Shown here: positions 38,055 through 51,315 of the stretch, one piece after another
Layout of the letters: each line of letters opens with the position of its first letter
Position numbering within the stretch: position 1 is the first letter of the stretch
NCBI GenBank assembly: GCA_032718475.1
Contig: JAUCBJ010001621.1
Coordinates: forward strand, 1 to 64,000
DNA from: Nemertoderma westbladi
Lineage: Eukaryota; Animalia; Xenacoelomorpha
Length of the DNA: 64,000 nucleotides
Direction of reading: 5' to 3'
Position numbers and translations under genes: made by a program
Notes under the pieces: model-generated
Told to the model about the DNA's origin: nothing
The model's input: only the letters and a program-made list of their open reading frames with translations
Database searches by the model: none

Positions 38055-41000
38055 GCCTCATTTTTTCACCTCCCCCCATTACATTTTCACCTCCCTTCAT
38101 TACCTTTTCACCTCCCCTCATTACAATTTCACCTCCCCTCATTACCTTTTCACCTCCCCTCATTACCTGTTCACTTCCCCTCATTATCTTTTCACCTCCC
38201 CTCATTAACTTTTCACCTCCCCTCATTACCTTTTCTCCTCCCCTCATTACCTTTTCTCCTCCCCTCATTACCTTTTCACCCCCCCTCATTACCATTCCCC
38301 CTCCCCTCATTACCATCTCACCCCCCCCCCCCTCATTACCTTTTCACCTCCCTTCATTACCTTTTCTCGTCCCCTCATTACCTTTTCACCTCCCCTCATT
38401 ACCATTTCACCCCCCCTCATTACCTTTTCACCTCCCCCCATTACCTTTTCTCGTTCCCTCATTACCTTTTCACCTCCCCTCATTACCATTTCACCCCCCC
38501 TCATTACCTTTTCACCTCCCCTCATTACCTTTTCACCTCCCCTCATTACCTTTTCTCCTCCCCTCATTACCTTTTCACCTCCCCTCATTACCTTTTCACC
38601 TCCCCTCATTACCTTTTCACCTCCCCTCATTACCATTTCACCCCCCCTCCTTACCTTTTCACCTCCCCTCATTACCTGTTCACTTCCCCTCATTATCTTT
38701 TCACCTCCCCTCATTAACTTTTCACCTCCCCTCATTACCTTTTCTCCTCCCCTCATTACCTTTTCTCCTCCCCTCATTACCTTTTCACCCCCCCTCATTA
38801 CCATTCCCCCTCCCCTCATTACCATCTCACCCCCCCCCCCCTCATTACCTTTTCACCTCCCTTCATTACCTTTTCTCGTCCCCTCATTACCTTTTCACCT
38901 CCCCTCATTACCATTTCACCCCCCCTCATTACCTTTTCACCTCCCCCCATTACCTTTTCTCGTTCCCTCATTACCTTTTCACCTCCCCTCATTACCATTT
39001 CACCCCCCCTCATTACCATTTCACCCCCCCTCATTACCTTTTCTCCTCCCCTCATTACCTTTTCACCTCCCCTCATTACCTTTTCACCTCCCCTCATTAC
39101 CTTTTCTCCTCCCCTCATTACCTTTTCACCTCCCCTCATTACCATTTCACCCCCCCTCATTACCTTTTCACCTCCCCCCATTACCTTTTCTCGTTCCCTC
39201 ATTACCTTTTCACCTCCCCTCATTACCATTTCACCCCCCCTCCTTACCTTTTCACCTCCCCTCATTACCTGTTCACTTCCCCTCATTATCTTTTCACCTC
39301 CCCTCATTAACTTTTCACCTCCCCTCATTACCTTTTCTCCTCCCCTCATTACCTTTTCTCCTCCCCTCATTACCTTTTCACCCCCCCTCATTACCATTCC
39401 CCCTCCCCTCATTACCATCTCACCCCCCCCCCCTCATTACCTTTTCACCTCCCTTCATTACCTTTTCTCGTCCCCTCATTACCTTTTCACCTCCCCTCAT
39501 TACCATTTCACCCCCCCTCATTACCTTTTCACCTCCCCCCATTACCTTTTCTCGTTCCCTCATTACCTTTTCACCTCCCCTCATTACCATTTCACCCCCC
39601 CTCATTACCTTTTCACCTCCCCTCATTACCTTTTCACCTCCCCTCATTACCTTTTCACCTCCCCTCATTACCTTTTCACCTCCCCTCATTACCTTTTCAC
39701 CTCCCCTCATTACCTTTTCACCTCCCCTCATTACCTTTTCACCTCCCCTCATTACCTTTTCACCTCCCCTCATTACCTTTTCACCTCCCCTCATTACCTT
39801 TTCACCTCCCCTCATTACCTTTTCACCTCCCCTCATTACCTTTTCACCTCCCCTCATTACCTTTTCACCTCCCCTCATTACCTTTTCACCTCCCCTCATT
39901 ACCTTTTCACCCCCCTCATTACCTTTTCACCTCCCCTCATTACCTTTTCACCTCCCCTCATTACCTTTTCACCTCCCCTCATTACCTTTTCACCTCCCCT
40001 CATTACCTTTTCACCTCCCCTCATTACCTTTTCACCTCCCCTCATTACCTTTTCACCTCCCCTCATTACCTTTTCACCTCCCCTCATTACCTTTTCACCC
40101 TCCCCTCATTACCTTTTCACCTCCCCTCATTACCTTTTCACCTCCCCTCATTACCTTTTCACCTCCCCTCATTACCTTTTCACCTCCCCTCATTACCTTT
40201 TCACCTCCCCTCATTACCTTTTCACCTCCCCTCATTACCTTTTCACCTCCCCTCATTACCTTTTCACCTCCCCTCATTACCTTTTCACCTCCCCTCATTA
40301 CCTTTTCACCTCCCCTCATTACCTTTTCACCTCCCCTCATTACCTTTTCACCTCCCCTCATTACCTTTTCACCTCCCCTCATTACCTTTTCACCCCCCCT
40401 CATTACCTTTTCACCTCCCCTCATTACCTTTTCACCTCCCCTCATTACCTTTTCACCTCCCCTCATTACCTTTTCACCTCCCCTCATTACCTTTTCACCT
40501 CCCCTCATTACCTTTTCACCTCCCCTCATTACCTTTTCACCTCCCCTCATTACCTTTTCACCTCCCCTCATTACCTTTTCACCTCCCCTCATTACCTTTT
40601 CACCTCCCCTCATTACCTTTTCACCTCCCCTCATTACCTTTTCACCTCCCCTCATTACCTTTTCACCTCCCCTCATTACCTTTTCACCTCCCCTCATTAC
40701 CTTTTCACCTCCCCTCATTACCTTTTCACCTCCCCTCATTACCTTTTCACCTCCCCTCATTACCTTTTCACCTCCCCTCATTACCTTTTCACCTCCCCTC
40801 ATTACCTTTTCACCTCCCCTCATTACCTTTTCACCTCCCCTCATTACCTTTTCACCTCCCCTCATTACCTTTTCACCTCCCCTCATTACCTTTTCACCTC
40901 CCCTCATTACCTTTTCACCTCCCCTCATTACCTTTTCACCTCCCCTCATTACCTTTTCACCTCCCCTCATTACCTTTTCACCTCCCCTCATTACCTTTTC

Positions 41001-44000
41001 ACCTCCCCTCATTACCTTTTCACCTCCCCTCATTACCTTTTCACCTCCCCTCATTACCTTTTCACCTCCCCTCATTACCTTTTCACCTCCCCTCATTACC
41101 TTTTCACCTCCCCTCATTACCTTTTCACCTCCCCTCATTACCTTTTCACCTCCCCTCATTACCTTTTCACCTCCCCTCATTACCTTTTCACCTCCCCTCA
41201 TTACCTTTTCACCTCCCCTCATTACCTTTTCACCTCCCCTCATTACCTTTTCACCTCCCCTCATTACCTTTTCACCTCCCCTCATTACCTTTTCACCTCC
41301 CCTCATTACCTTTTCACCTCCCCTCATTACCTTTTCACCTCCCCTCATTACCTTTTCACCTCCCCTCATTACCTTTTCACCTCCCCTCATTACCTTTTCA
41401 CCTCCCCTCATACCTTTTACCTCCCTCATTACCTTTTCACCTCCCCTCATTACCTTTTCACCTCCCCTCATTACCTTTTCACCTCCCCTCATTACCTTTT
41501 CACCTCCCCTCATTACCTTTTCACCTCCCCTCATTACCTTTTCACCTCCCCTCATTACCTTTTCACCTCCCCCTCATTACCTTTTCACCTCCCCTCATTA
41601 CCTTTTCACCTCCCCTCATTACCTTTTCACCTCCCCTCATTACCTTTTCACCTCCCCTCATTACCTTTTCACCTCCCCTCATTACCTTTTCACCTCCCCT
41701 CATTACCTTTTCACCTCCCCTCATTACCTTTTCACCTCCCCTCATTACCTTTTCACCTCCCCTCATTACCTTTTCACCCCCCCCCATTACCTTTTCACCT
41801 CCCCTCATTACCTTTTCACCTCCCCTCATTACCTTTTCACCTCCCCTCATTACCTTTTCACCTCCCCTCATTACCTTTTCACCTCCCCTCATTACCTTTT
41901 CACCTCCCCTCATTACCTTTTCACCTCCCCTCATTACCTTTTCACCTCCCCTCATTACCTTTTCACCTCCCCTCATTACCTTTTCACCTCCCCTCATTAC
42001 CTTTTCACCTCCCCTCATTACCTTTTCACCTCCCCTCATTACCTTTTCACCTCCCCTCATTACCTTTTCACCTCCCCTCATTACCTTTTCACCTCCCCTC
42101 ATTACCTTTTCACCCCCCCCTCAGTTACCTTTTCACCTCCCCTCATTACCTTTTCACCTCCCCTCATTACCTTTTCACCTCCCCTCATTACCTTTTCACC
42201 TCCCCTCATTACCTTTTCACCTCCCCTCATTACCTTTTCACCTCCCCTCATTACCTTTTCACCTCCCCTCATTACCTTTTCACCTCCCCTCATTACCTTT
42301 TCACCTCCCCTCATTACCTTTTCACCTCCCCTCATTACCTTTTCACCTCCCCTCATTACCTTTTCACCTCCCCTCATTACCTTTTCACCTCCCCTCATTA
42401 CCTTTTCACCCCCCCTCATTACCTTTTCACCTCCCCTCATTACCTTTTCACCTCCCCTCATTACCTTTTCACCTCCCCTCATTACCTTTTCACCTCCCCT
42501 CATTACCTTTTCACCTCCCCTCATTACCTTTTCACCTCCCCTCATTACCTTTTCACCTCCCCTCATTACCTTTTCACCCCCCCCCCCCGTTACCTTTTCA
42601 CCTCCCCTCATTACCTTTTCACCTCCCCTCATTACCTTTTCACCCCCCCCCTCAGTTACCTTTTCACCTCCCCTCATTACCTTTTCACCTCCTCTCATTA
42701 CCTTTTCACCTCCCCTCATTACCTTTTCACCTCCCCTCATTACCTTTTCACCTCCCCTCATTACCTTTTCACCTCCCCTCATTACCTTTTCACCTCCCCT
42801 CATTACCTTTTCACCTCCCCTCATTACCTTTTCACCCCCATCATTACCTTTTCACCTCCCCTCATTACCTTTTCACCTCCCCTCATTACCTTTTCACCTC
42901 CCCTCATTACCTTTTCACCTCCCCTCATTACCTTTTCACCTCCCCTCATTACCTTTTCACCTCCCCTCATTACCTTTTCACCTCCCCTCATTACCTTTTC
43001 ACCTCCCCTCATTACCTTTTCACCTCCCCTCATTACCTTTTCACCTCCCCTCATTACCTTTTCACCTCCCCTCATTACCTTTTCACCTCCCCTCATTACC
43101 TTTTCACCTCCCCTCATTACCTTTTCACCTCCCCTCATTACCTTTTCACCTCCCCTCATTACCTTTTCACCTCCCCTCATTACCTTTTCACCTCCCCTCA
43201 TTACCTTTTCACCTCCCCTCATTACCTTTTCACCTCCCCTCATTACCTTTTCACCTCCCCTCATTACCTTTTCACCTCCCCTCACAACCTTTTCACCTCC
43301 CCTCATTACCTTTTCACCTCCCCTCCTTACCTTTTCACCTCCCCTCATTACCTTTTCACCTCCCTTCACTACCTTTTCACCTCCCCTCATTACCTTTTCA
43401 CCTCCCCTCATTACCTTTTCACCTCCCCTCCTTACCTTTTCACCTCCCCTCATTACCTTTTCACCTCCCCTCATTACCTTTTCACCTCCCCTCATTACCT
43501 TTTCACCTCCCCTCATTACCTTTTCACCTCCCCTCATTACCTTTTCACCTCCCTTCATTACCTTTTCACCTCCCCTCATTACCTTTTCACCTCCCCTCAT
43601 TACATTTTCACCTCCGTTCATTACCTTTTCACCTCCCCTCATTACCTTTTCACCTCTCCTCATTACCTTTTCACCTCCCTTCATTACCTTTTCACCTCCC
43701 CTCATTACATTTTCACCTCCCCTCATTACCTTTCCACCCCCCCCCCCCGTTACCTTTTCACCTCCCCCCATTACCTTTTCACCTCCCTTCATTACCTTTT
43801 CACCTCCCCTCATTACCTTTTCACCTCCCCTCATTACATTTTCACCTCCCTTCACAACCTTTTCACCTCCCCTCATTACCTTTTCACCTCCCCTCCTTAC
43901 CTTTTCACCTCCCCTCATTACATTTTCACCTCCCTTCACAACCTTTTCACCTCCCCTCATTACCTTTTCACCTCCCCTCATTACCTTTTCACCTCCCCTC

Positions 44001-44233
44001 CTTACCTTTTCACCTCCCCTCATTACATTTTCACCTCCCTTCACAACCTTTTCACCTCCCCTCATTACCTTTTCACCTCCCATCATTACCTTTTCACCTC
44101 CCCTCATTACCTTTCCCCCTCCCCCCATTACCTTTTCTCCTCCCCTCATTACCTTTTCACCTCCCCTCATTACCTTTTCACCTCCCCTCATTACCTTTTC
44201 ACCTCCCCTCATTACCTTTTCACCTCCCCTCAT
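38055..44233. repeat. 21-bp polypyrimidine satellite, ~290 copies
   Basis: Unit ttaccttttcacctcccctca; homogeneous core, variant edges. Confidence 0.98.
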
Positions 44234-45412
44234 TTTTTATTTTTACATGAATTTTTTACAATTTTTATTCTAACGGTATTTATTCTACGGTGGGTCTAAA
44301 TCGGATATAATGGAATTTTTGTGGAACAAATTCTTAAATTAGATATAAAATAATACCGGTAACTAATAAATAACTTAGTATATTTACAGTATAAATACAG
44401 GATATCATAAATAAATTACTGTTTTAAATACATTACATGCAGACATAAACTACCATTAACAAAAAAATAAAATAATTTCAAAATACATATTTTTAGACAC
44501 AAATAATTTATTCTCTGAACAAAAAAATAGTGAAAAAGTAAAAGATATTGAAAGGAATAACAAACAGGCTGACAGGTTACAAACAGACAAAGACGCAGGC
44601 TTTTCTAATCAAAACAAAAAACGCTCTTGCGTTACCAATTGAGGGAAGCTTGAGAAAATAGTAACTATATTCATTTTGGGAAAATCATATTTAATTTGGG
44701 AAATTAATAGGCCTACCCATTTTGTTGTTTTGTGTAAATAAAAAACCCCAAAAAAATTATAGGGAAATTAAAACAATATTTTGGGCAAATTATATATTAT
44801 TTTGGCAGATTTGGTCTAACTTTATAATTTGGGAAGTACTTAGTATAATAAATAATACGAAATACAAAAATAATACGGTACCGGCAGACCGGTATTAGAT
44901 TTAGAGGGTCAGGGTCTGGGGGTAGATTGTATTTATATTGGGTATGTAAATCATTAAATTTGGGGCTATAGAAATTTAAATTATATTACTTTTTATAGGT
45001 ATATTTTTTTATTATTAGAGGCCTGTATTCCTGTATTCACTATAATACTGATATATGCGGAGACAAACCTCAAATATTATTACAAATTTAATCTTATGCA
45101 ATACTGGTACGTATACTACTGTAGGCCCTACTATTAATTTTTGTAGACAATAATTTAGAATCTATAAATCAAACTGAATGACAAAATATATAATCTAATA
45201 CTAAAAAAAGATAATATTTTAATTTAAATATTTTAATAAGAATTTATCAGTTTACCACTATATTACCGGTTTTTATTTATATACCGGTAAGGCAGTAAGG
45301 TGTACCGCCGTACCGCTACCGGTAGGCCCACCATTCTGCTCGTCAAGTTAATTGATATATATTACTTATTTCAGTATTTAGGATATTGTTTTTTATTTTA
45401 ATATAACATGTG

Positions 45413-45640
45413 AATTTGAGGGCGACGGTTCGATTCCCGCAGGGGGACCAGGTTTTCGTTTCGAAACGAATGCTTTAAAGGAACGAGCCAGGGAGAAGGG
45501 GTCAGCCTTATATCCATCCTTAAATGGCGGCCAAATAAGTACGAGTTTCCTCTGGGGAGTATAATAGTTCTGGGGGGATGGGAGCCGCGGAAATATTCGT
45601 CAGACTTTGTGCGTAATCCATGGCCCAACGGCCAAGAAAA
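45413..45640 (+). mobile_element. tRNA-derived SINE (5' truncated)
   Basis: B box GGTTCGATTCC; shared body ccttaaatgg..gagtttcctct..gagtata..gttctgggggg. Confidence 0.7.
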
Positions 45641-46904
45641 ACTTTGCTATATAATTGTGATGTATTGTTAGAAATTACACTAGGTCCTATGTATCTTATA
45701 CAGTATGCTTTTAGCAGGGGCAAGCTGGCAAGTGAGAGCAGGGAGTGCTAATATACTAATGAAATAAATACACAATAGGTCTACACGATTGCAAATTATC
45801 TAAACATCAGTTGAATGAAACTTGCCTAATGACAAGGAATTATTTCGATATGATTTGTTATGGAATTGAGGTATCGCTACTTAATAAAAAGATAATATTA
45901 TTCTGAATTAAGATGAGAATAAAATTATTATTTTAATTCAATTAAAAAAAACTGTGATAGGACTTTATATCACTGAATATATATGGTCTGAAATTACTGA
46001 TAATAAGAATATCAAGTATTATAAAGCAATGCTACTACTGTACTAGTGACGAAATTATTACTTTCTTTCAATATATTTCACAATTTGTTGATTTATCAAA
46101 TAAATAATTCGTTGATAAAAGTAATTGGAAGTTTAACTTTTTATTCTTAAACTTGAGTACAGGATTTACTAATACCCTACTGAGATGTACTGTAAGATAG
46201 GCTGATAGGGAAGGCAATAAAGGCATTGCTTATTAAAGTAATAAGAGCTTCCCCAAACCAAATTATTGGTTATAAAGCTGCTAGGAGCAGTTTCAAATGG
46301 AAATCCCAAGCCAATGCCAATAACATACTCCACCACAATAACTTGGCTTACTGGGTTGAGAGGAACTGTCTGTTATAGTCAGGTAGACTACTACTTTATA
46401 CAACGCAGACAGACTGCATATCAGCCTGTGGTTAATTCGTTTAGGCAGTCAGCAAAGGTTACATTAGAGCAACGTCAGACACTACAGATGCTACTATAAA
46501 AGTAGGCCTCCTACCTGCTTGGTTGATTGGCTGGTGGGACAGACTGAAGCCATATTAACTAGTCTTAGAATCCCATAAAAATCCTGTGCCATAAATTCTA
46601 GTATCTATATTACTATATTGGATTAATAGCCATTACCCTGCCTTCCCTCAGTAATTGCGTGTTTTATTTGATCTAGTATACCAAAGCAATGTAAAACCAA
46701 TGTAAACACTCTATCATTATTACTTATCGCTGGGAGCTAGTCCAGAATATATAATTATTTAATTCTCTTGAAAAGTACCCATAAAGAAAAAGATTCGACG
46801 ATGTGTTCTGTATATACACCATGTCCTGGAGCTGGAAAATATTGTCGTTATTCATGTACCTAGCCCCCCTCCAAATTTTTCCTTTCTACAGATATAACTG
46901 TCCC

Positions 46905-47215
46905 AGCCGGTTCCCCCAAGCTTGACACTAGAACAAAGTCGCCTCTGCTTTGCAGGACATTGCTTTCGCCGTGAGGACCAGCCAGTGTATAATCTTGTGC
47001 TTTGGCAGCCTCATGGAGTGAATAAGCCTGGTGGACAGCCCATGACTTTCTTGAGTCGCATCTTAAAGGACACTGGCCTTGAAGATGCGGATGATCTAGC
47101 AAATGTCATGGGTGATAGGGAGTTGCGGCGGCGTAATTTTGTCGACAAGCCGGAACAGCATTCTTAAAAATACAGCTGCAATGCAGCATGCCGATCCTAG
47201 TAGTATTAGTAGTTT
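46905..47215 (+). mobile_element. RTE-like LINE 3' fragment
   Basis: RLCFAGHCFR..LVLWQP..G.P.T..L.DTG C-terminal motif; TAG-rich tail. Confidence 0.75.
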
Positions 47216-47744
47216 AGCTCAGAAAGTGATCTTTTGCATCCCGAATTTACAAGAATTAATTATTTCAAAATGGTCTTAAAATCTTTCACCACGGGCACAC
47301 AGGTAAATGCCGGTGTGGGGGGTATCCGGTGGGAAGTGTCCTACTTGGGCGCGGGGGGGGGGGGGGGGGAGTGTCTTAGATCCGAAACCAAATTTTAACT
47401 TGGAAAAATAGTGGTTGTGTCAGGTCTGCGTCATTTAAGGCGCAATAATTGAAAAATCATATTACTTAAACAGTTAAAGAATGCTGGCTATCCATAACTA
47501 TAACACAGTAATTAAATGTAGCAAGCTCCTTTCTTTAATATCATTTATATTATTCTTCATATCATATCATATCATATTATACTAAACACTTCCAATATTT
47601 GAAAGGACAAATTACTTGAAATCACTCAGTTAAGCTATTGTATTGCTTTGTTTACAGCTGACTGCTGTGTCCAATAGATTGCAGGGCCGGTACTCAATCA
47701 ACTGAGCTACCCTGCGCCTGCATTCGATATACTATCGAATGACC

Positions 47745-48061
47745 GATTATTATTCTTATTTTTTTCAAGTCCCGCGTAACACACTGATTACGTGGGTCGC
47801 ACTCACCGCACGTACCAACTGATACGACTTATTTCGCGATCCCCCCTAGAACTATACTCGCCAGAGGAAACTCCCCTGCTCATTCAGCTACACAATTTAA
47901 GGATGAAAGACAGTGTTGCGCCCTGGCTAGACTTTTAAAACTTTCGTGCCTACACGAAAACTTCCCCGGGCCCCATGGGGGAATCGAACCCACGACCTCG
48001 GAGAGATGTGAATTGTGAGCTGAGAGGCAACGGATTTATAACCACTACGACAAGGTGGGAC
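47745..48061 (-). mobile_element. tRNA-derived SINE, near full length
   Basis: A-box-like TGTCGTAGTGG and B box GGTTCGATTCC, followed by the same body as 45413 and 62778. Confidence 0.75.
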
Positions 48062-49190
48062 TTGAGCTTTCGAAAATAAAAAAAAAACGTTAAAACGAAT
48101 AAGTAAAGAGAAGATGAATAAACTATATAATTTCGACGGAAAGTAAAATTTAGTTGAAACTAGGTTTGGGTACCGGTATGATACTCTTTCCTGCATTTAT
48201 CTTTTAACACGGTTTCGTTTATATTTCTTGAATGAAACTATGAACTATGAAGATAAATTACATTAAACTAAAGTTTGTCCGCTCCGAATTTTGGTAAATC
48301 CCACCAATTAGTTAGTTAACTTAAAAATGTCGCTATTTAGCTAAGAGAAGGATCCGCTAAATATATTTTTATTTACTTTTTTTTTGTTAAATTGTTAAGA
48401 GAAAATGTAGAATTTAATTAATAAAAGTAGTTTGCGATTTTTACATTTTCCAACCTACGGAGTCTGTTCTCGTAATGTTTAATGTTTTAACGTAATTTTC
48501 GACCCCGAGAAGCATGCACATTACATGTAAAAAATCTAGTTATTGTAGTACTTAATTAAATATGAAAATTAATAAGTGTGCAGTGAAACTCTGTGAAGAT
48601 GGCATGCAATCGAGTAGACCCATTATAACAGCCACCAAGTGCACATAGTTCGAAATACATACGATCCTATAGAGAGAGCATAGAGCTAAGATTAGTAGTG
48701 ACATTACTACATTAGCATATAGTAACATACATAGAATCCAACACTTGACTTTGACATATAATTATTACATTTATTTTATTTCATCAAATTTCACCAGGAT
48801 TGAAGTTGTACAACAAGTCAGGCTGAATTAAATATCAAGAACTGCATTTAACTTTATTTTAAGTTAATGATCCTCAAGAAAGAGAGTGATTATATGTCGG
48901 GATATTTGGGAATTAAAAATGGCAAAACGGCAGATTACTTAATTTCATTTTGGCATCTTGGACAAGTTTTACACTTTAACTAAGTGTTATTAGTCAAATA
49001 ATAAGTTATGGAAACAACAAATATTTGTCGCAAAATTTAATAACAAGAAATTATCATCAACCAGCACAGAATGACAATTAAACAGGAACCTACGTATAAG
49101 TTGAGTTCGCGTTTGGTCCCCTCTGGCCCACTACCTGGGAGTGTGTGTAAGTTCGCATTAGGCCCCCCTCTCCCCCATATCTAGGAGGGT

Positions 49191-49589
49191 CTATGAGTTC
49201 GCATTCGGTCCCTTCCTTCTACCGAAACTCTGGACAACGTTAACGAACCTCCGATTGTACTGTATCCGCCGTTTGGCCCGCCCGGTTTTGTGTTTTTTCT
49301 TTTCCTGCGCGTCCACCTTCGGCGTTTGGTTCTTTACCTTCCCGGCTCGCGCCAACGAGCCGTGCACTTTCCCACCCCTGAGTCGCAACGACATGTCGAC
49401 TGTACCGTGGTCCGATACCGAGGCGCCGACAGTCTGGTCGTCGTGTAGCGGTCGACCGTCGGCGACGAGAACAAAGTCGGATCCGGCGAACCCCGAGAGC
49501 ACAGCGAGGCGTTCCCGCAACGAGGAAACGAGATCGCATGAGTCAACCTCCTCGCACCAAACATCGTTAAATCGAACAAACAGTATCAT
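49191..49589 (-). CDS. FAU: Ubiquitin-like protein FUBI fused to 40S ribosomal protein S30 (eS30)
   Basis: LRLRGG|[44 protein letters not shown]; intact, no coding introns. Confidence 0.97.
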   Translation of the reverse strand: MILFVRFNDVWCEEVDSCDLVSSLRERLAVLSGFAGSDFVLVADGRPLHDDQTVGASVSDHGTVDMSLRLRGGKVHGSLARAGKVKNQTPKVDAQEKKKHKTGRAKRRIQYNRRFVNVVQSFGRRKGPNANS

Positions 49590-49625
49590 CTAAAATGAGT
49601 CAAAACAACACGAATCATCACTTAC
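49590..49625 (-). other. Putative 36-nt 5'UTR intron of FAU
   Basis: CCG|GTAAGT...tttgactcattttAG|ATG. Confidence 0.65.
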
Positions 49626-49681
49626 CGGTATGTGGCAAAAGTACTACTGCTGTATTGTACTATTTATTTCAGAGTGCAAGC

Positions 49682-49693
49682 GGAAAGGAAAGG
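49682..49693 (-). promoter_or_regulatory. TCT/5'TOP-like polypyrimidine initiator of FAU
   Basis: CCTTTCCTTTCC ~100 bp upstream of the ATG, as is typical of ribosomal protein genes. Confidence 0.6.
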
Positions 49694-50028
49694 TACGGTA
49701 CCTAGTACTGTAGTACCCAGGTACCGTAATTAATATTGTAATATTATCTTATGCTGTTATGTTTGAGAATCAGTGAATTGTTGGGTATCAGATGGGTTGG
49801 GAAATCAAATTGAACATAATTTTATACGCTCAAAATTAAAATAGTAATTCAATATGCAATAATAACATAATTTGGTGCGAATTTTTATACCGGTAGTTTA
49901 GCGCGAATATTGGAAAAGGCTGAAAGGTTGAAAATATCCCGATCGGGATAGCGGATAGGGAACCCTAGGCCTACAGTACTGGCTGACTGGCCGTAGCTGC
50001 GTAGGTAGAGTCTATCATCTATTGCAAT

Positions 50029-51315
50029 CAGGGTTGGCAACCAATGGTTTTTCTCACCATTGGTTTTTTATGGTTTTTTGGTTTAACCAACTTTTAAAAA
50101 AAGGCGAAAAAATTGGTTTTTTATGGTTTTTCATAAAATTTTACAATTAAAGCTGTAAATAATATAAAGCAGACTGGTAGTCGCGTTTCTTTTTCATTTT
50201 GCACTGTTACATGTAGAATTAAAAAATTTCACTCACTTTGAGTTTTGCTCTCGTTTCTTTTTCATTTTGCACTGTTAGAAGGAAAAAATTTCGCTCACTT
50301 TGAGTTTTGCTCGCGTTTCTTTATCTTATCATTTTGCACTGTTCAGTTCAGCTGTTAGAATGAAAAAATTTCGAACACTTTGAGTTTTGCTCGCGTTTCT
50401 TTTTCAATTTGCACTGTTACATATGTAGAATGAAAAAACTTCACTCACTTTGAGTTTTGCTCGCGTTTCTTTTTCAATTTGCACTGTTACATATGTAGAA
50501 TGAAAAAACTTCACTCACTTTGAGTTTTGCTCTCGTTTCTTTTTCATTTTGCACTGTTAGAAGGAAAAAATTTCGCTCACTTTGAGTTTTGCTCGTGTTT
50601 CTTTATCTTATCATTTTGCACTGTTCAGCTGTTAGAATGGACAAATTTCTCTCACTTTGAGTTTTGCTCGCGTTTCTTTTTCATCTGTTCAATTTGCAAT
50701 GTTAATTTAATGAAAAGGTTTTGCTCGCTTCGCTGGTGTATGTTTCTCGTTTACATTGTTAAAATGTGGTGTGCGCGTTTTTTTCGGTGCATGCGCGGTA
50801 TATTGTGTATTGTCCAATATTGCGCGGCTGAAAAATTGTGCGCAGGCGTTGTGCGCGGTTCAGTGGTGGTTTGCACTTTGCAGCCTGGCGTGCAGTGGAG
50901 CAGTGCAGACGTCTGGACGTTGGTATGTATTTTTACGTTGTATATTGTTAGTATTTTGTCACATGCTGACATGGGCTGATGGGTTGGATGAGATGAGAGT
51001 AAGGCTGTAAGGAAGGACAGAACAGAACAGCAGAAGAAACGCTTCAAACCAGCATACTGTATGTGGCGTGGCCTTATTCAGTTATTCCAGCTGTCCAGTA
51101 TTTTGTTCTATTGGGCAAGCGCAAGGGTTGTACTGTCTGACTGTTGTATGTCTGTATGTAGGCCCTACATTTGTATGTATTGCTGTATTTGATTTAATTA
51201 AACCACAGAAAAACCATAAAAAACCATAAAAAACCGAAAAAAACCATAAAAAACCAAACAATAAAACCAAAACCAAAAATTTTTTTTCAAAAAACCATGG
51301 TTTTTGCCATCCCTG
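50029..51315. mobile_element. Non-autonomous hAT-type DNA transposon
   Basis: CAGGGTTGGCAA / TTGCCATCCCTG TIRs; perfect 8-bp TSD ATTGCAAT (50021-28, 51316-23); internal ~60-bp tandem repeats. Confidence 0.9.

Noticed and set aside
38017-44233. Long MRGGEKV ORFs as protein-coding genes
   Set aside because: By-product of a stop-free 21-bp repeat; frames break at random indels and there is no unique domain
47680-48061. Functional tRNA genes
   Set aside because: A/B boxes are present, but no complete cloverleaf is evident; 47745-48061 continues into a repeated SINE body and 47681-47715 is only a 5' half
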